Positions 61,443-64,000 of a stretch of 64,000 bases of DNA are shown piece after piece; position 1 is the first letter of the stretch; each line of letters starts with the position of its first letter. The stretch lies in assembly GCA_010093815.1 (NCBI GenBank), contig ML996578.1; one strand, 5' to 3'. The notes below the pieces were generated by a model that was not told where the DNA came from, made no database searches, and saw nothing but the letters and a program-made list of their open reading frames with translations. This DNA is from Pseudovirgaria hyperparasitica. Lineage: Eukaryota. The translations under genes and the position numbers were made by a program.

Positions 61443-63021
61443 GTCAGACGATGCTATACAAGCTGATGTAGTTGGTTCTGAACAACGTAAAAAGCTGACA
61501 AGTAGCGTTTCGATAGACCTGATAAGTTCAATCTTACATCAAACCCAAACAATGAAGAATACCGACAAGGTTAGGTCTTAGACCGAGGTGAGTAAGTGTA
61601 CAAGGTGCAACTCAAAGGCGATAGCAGCGAGGTAGTAGTTGTTGACGTGAGTGAGGTGCTGTTGGACCCTATTTTTAAGTCAAGTCAATGATCAAAGCAA
61701 ATTGCCGCTGTTACATTCTTCAACATTGCTTTTCGTCACACGCCAGTGATTTCACTTATGCAAATCTTCGCATTAGAGGTAAACACACTACTAAGGGAAG
61801 CCTTACTGATTTCTTATGGTCAACAGACACTCCTCTGTCATAGATAGGTCAAAGTTTACAATATTAATTAGACACAGAAGTCTGCGACGGGAAATTAGCT
61901 CAGAGGAAACGTGTGATGTATAATCAGCTAAGCTATCTGTCCACTAGGTCCACACTTGTCTTACTGCGATCTTGAAGTTAGTAGTTATGAGGTACATAAA
62001 AGAGTTTTAGACTGCTTAAGTTGGATTGAATTCGAGCTTTCATCTCACGAGTGTGCATGAGCAGATTTCTTTTGGGCAATCACCGAAATTCGGATAGTCC
62101 TATGCTCGACCAAATAGAGCGATCTATGCCATCACAGCTGTTGAAGTCTATGCGACGGCTTGCTGTCAATGCTAGTGAGATAGGACGTGAGGGCACTGTA
62201 GTAATCCTGACTAGAGCGTATCCAACACGAGAGGACTGAGTGTTGCACCCCAGACGGATCGAGTCCTATATATAGGGTAAATGTGACCATCATACTCAAC
62301 GACATAAGAACCTGAGGTATGTGATAATCTGGAGATAGATGACAATACTCGTAAAGGCGGTGCTACATTGCAAGCAAAGGCATGAATCCTCCTCCCTCCT
62401 GAGTAAGCCCCTTTTCCTATGTCTACAACACGATCTCATCCATCGTCGACACTACAAGCTTCCACTTATGCCGGCTGCATATACACCACTAGAACCATGT
62501 CCCTTAGACATAATCTATGGAAGTTAGTGGGAACCTGTAGCGTTCACTGTATCATCAAGGGCTTCTTTGACAATATTGTTCATGACACTGTTGAAATCTG
62601 CTCTTTTTAGGGTGTATCAGCCGCAAATGCTGATTGACTGTCCACGTTGTGCTTGCCAAAAATTTCCTGAACAGTGAAGTAGAAACGGTCGAAGGCAAGT
62701 GATCTTGGGAACCTAATACCTTGACATGTCATATGGACACAGACACATGTTCTTGCGCACATCATCCATTCCAGGAGGCCTGGGATAGTAAGTACGGACC
62801 TGTACGACTATGGCCTCGGACAATAATTGCGTAAAGAAGACCTGAATGATTGAATCGAGTTCCAGTTTAAGCTTCCGGACTAATATATGCTACTGTGAAT
62901 TGTGAGTCAGAAGTCTATTGAGGGAGATTGCCAGGGCTGTGTAGCCGACAAAAATCGCTCTTCTAGACATCCCGTTATTTGTTGTTCTTCGGAGGACAAT
63001 GCCAACCTTTGTCAAATTCCA

Positions 63022-64000
63022 TTAAGTAGGGAAGTTCCAAATGAAATCCAACGTGCCGTCATCAAGTCTTGGAAATGACTGCAGGCCGTCAAGGCTGAAC
63101 GGCGGTATATTGGTATCAAAAGGCAAAGTCAGCCAGTCGTCCCTCAAAGTCATGTCCGTCAGATCCGGCTGCATGGACGGTATTTGAACCACGCCCATAT
63201 CATCGTCTGTCTGTGTTGTATTCCAGTCATTGTTGACTGTCCTTTCCGCTGATTGTGGGCGACTGTAAAATTTGGGAGGACGAGACGACACCTTGAAGCT
63301 GCGTCGGAGTCTTGTGAGGTGCAACTCAAGTAGCGTGGCGTATCGTGACGCCAGATGCATATCATCGAGAGAACTTGCACGCATACTCTGGATGGCTCGA
63401 CTTATAACACCCAGACTGCTCTGGAGTTTCGTGTTCCACACGCCTAAACTGAGCCCCTTTATGAGGAAGATAGAACTGGACGTGATCCGTAGGAAGACTC
63501 TGACTGGAGCATAGCGTAATGAACCTGATTCGGCGAGACTTATGATTCGCTCTAGAATCTCGCAACTACCATCTACTACCTCTTGGACGAATTCGTAGTC
63601 AGATGCATCGGCTTGTGCAGAGCCTGACTCAGCTTCTGTCATTGTGCGCTCTACAACAGCTTGCATCCCAAGTGAGTTCATATAGACCTTGACGTATTGG
63701 AATTCAATGTTGAGGGTCTCCAAAAAGCAATGACTGAAAGCTGAACAGTATTAGAATCATAAGATGCTGTATATGATCCCTGCTTAACATACTTTGGTTT
63801 TCCAAATGCTTGGATCTCCACTGGTCCAATAATGGCTGAAAGTGTTCCAATAGTGAAATATATTTCCCATTGCTCAGAATCTGTTTTGTATAGACTGGAG
63901 ATGGGAAAAACATGTCCGAAACCGATTTGAGTAATTTCGTTAGATCGATCCAGGCTGTCATGAAAGCCTGCCATTCATCGCCACTTTTAGAAGCCCCTGA
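63022..64000 (-). CDS. 3' part of an Aro80/HmgR-type Zn2Cys6 transcription factor (runs off window); intron 63792-63741
   Basis: IEFQYVKVYMNSLGMQAVVER, FVQEVVDGSCEIL, LRYAPVRVFLRITSSSIFLIK, DDMHLASRYATLL, DDWLTLPFD. The zinc cluster itself is not in the window. Confidence 0.7.

Overview
This is filamentous-ascomycete (Pezizomycotina) nuclear DNA with short GT-AG introns carrying CTRAC-type branch sites; the species cannot be determined from sequence alone. About 22 recognisable protein genes are present: purine-cytosine permease, 3-beta-HSD-like SDR, nudC, mitochondrial AspRS, an AA5_2 galactose-oxidase-type enzyme with two CBM32 domains, a kinase-like protein, TauD, an MFS transporter, an AA9 LPMO, FPGS, an F-box-like protein, a 2-hydroxyacid dehydrogenase, a Tim17-like protein, an AT-hook protein, MTC1, DUF2462, GH115, a CorA-like protein, a CPD photolyase, hmgX/TTC36-like, hppD, a stand-alone MoeA-like protein and the 3' end of an Aro80/HmgR-type regulator. 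There is also a U6 snRNA gene and a tRNA-like Pol III unit. Two gene-poor accessory tracts (~14.5-22 kb and ~55-63 kb) hold RIP-like relics and orphan ORFs. The most notable observations are: (i) a split tyrosine-catabolism locus in which a TTC36-like hmgX and hppD share a promoter with three CCG-N7-CCG sites, followed by an intronless MoeA homologue with altered catalytic motifs; (ii) recurring ~1 kb islands that switch from C-rich to G-rich; (iii) natural active-site variants of an AA9 LPMO and an AA5_2 oxidase. All family calls come from motif recognition and remembered reference sequences; no database searches were run.
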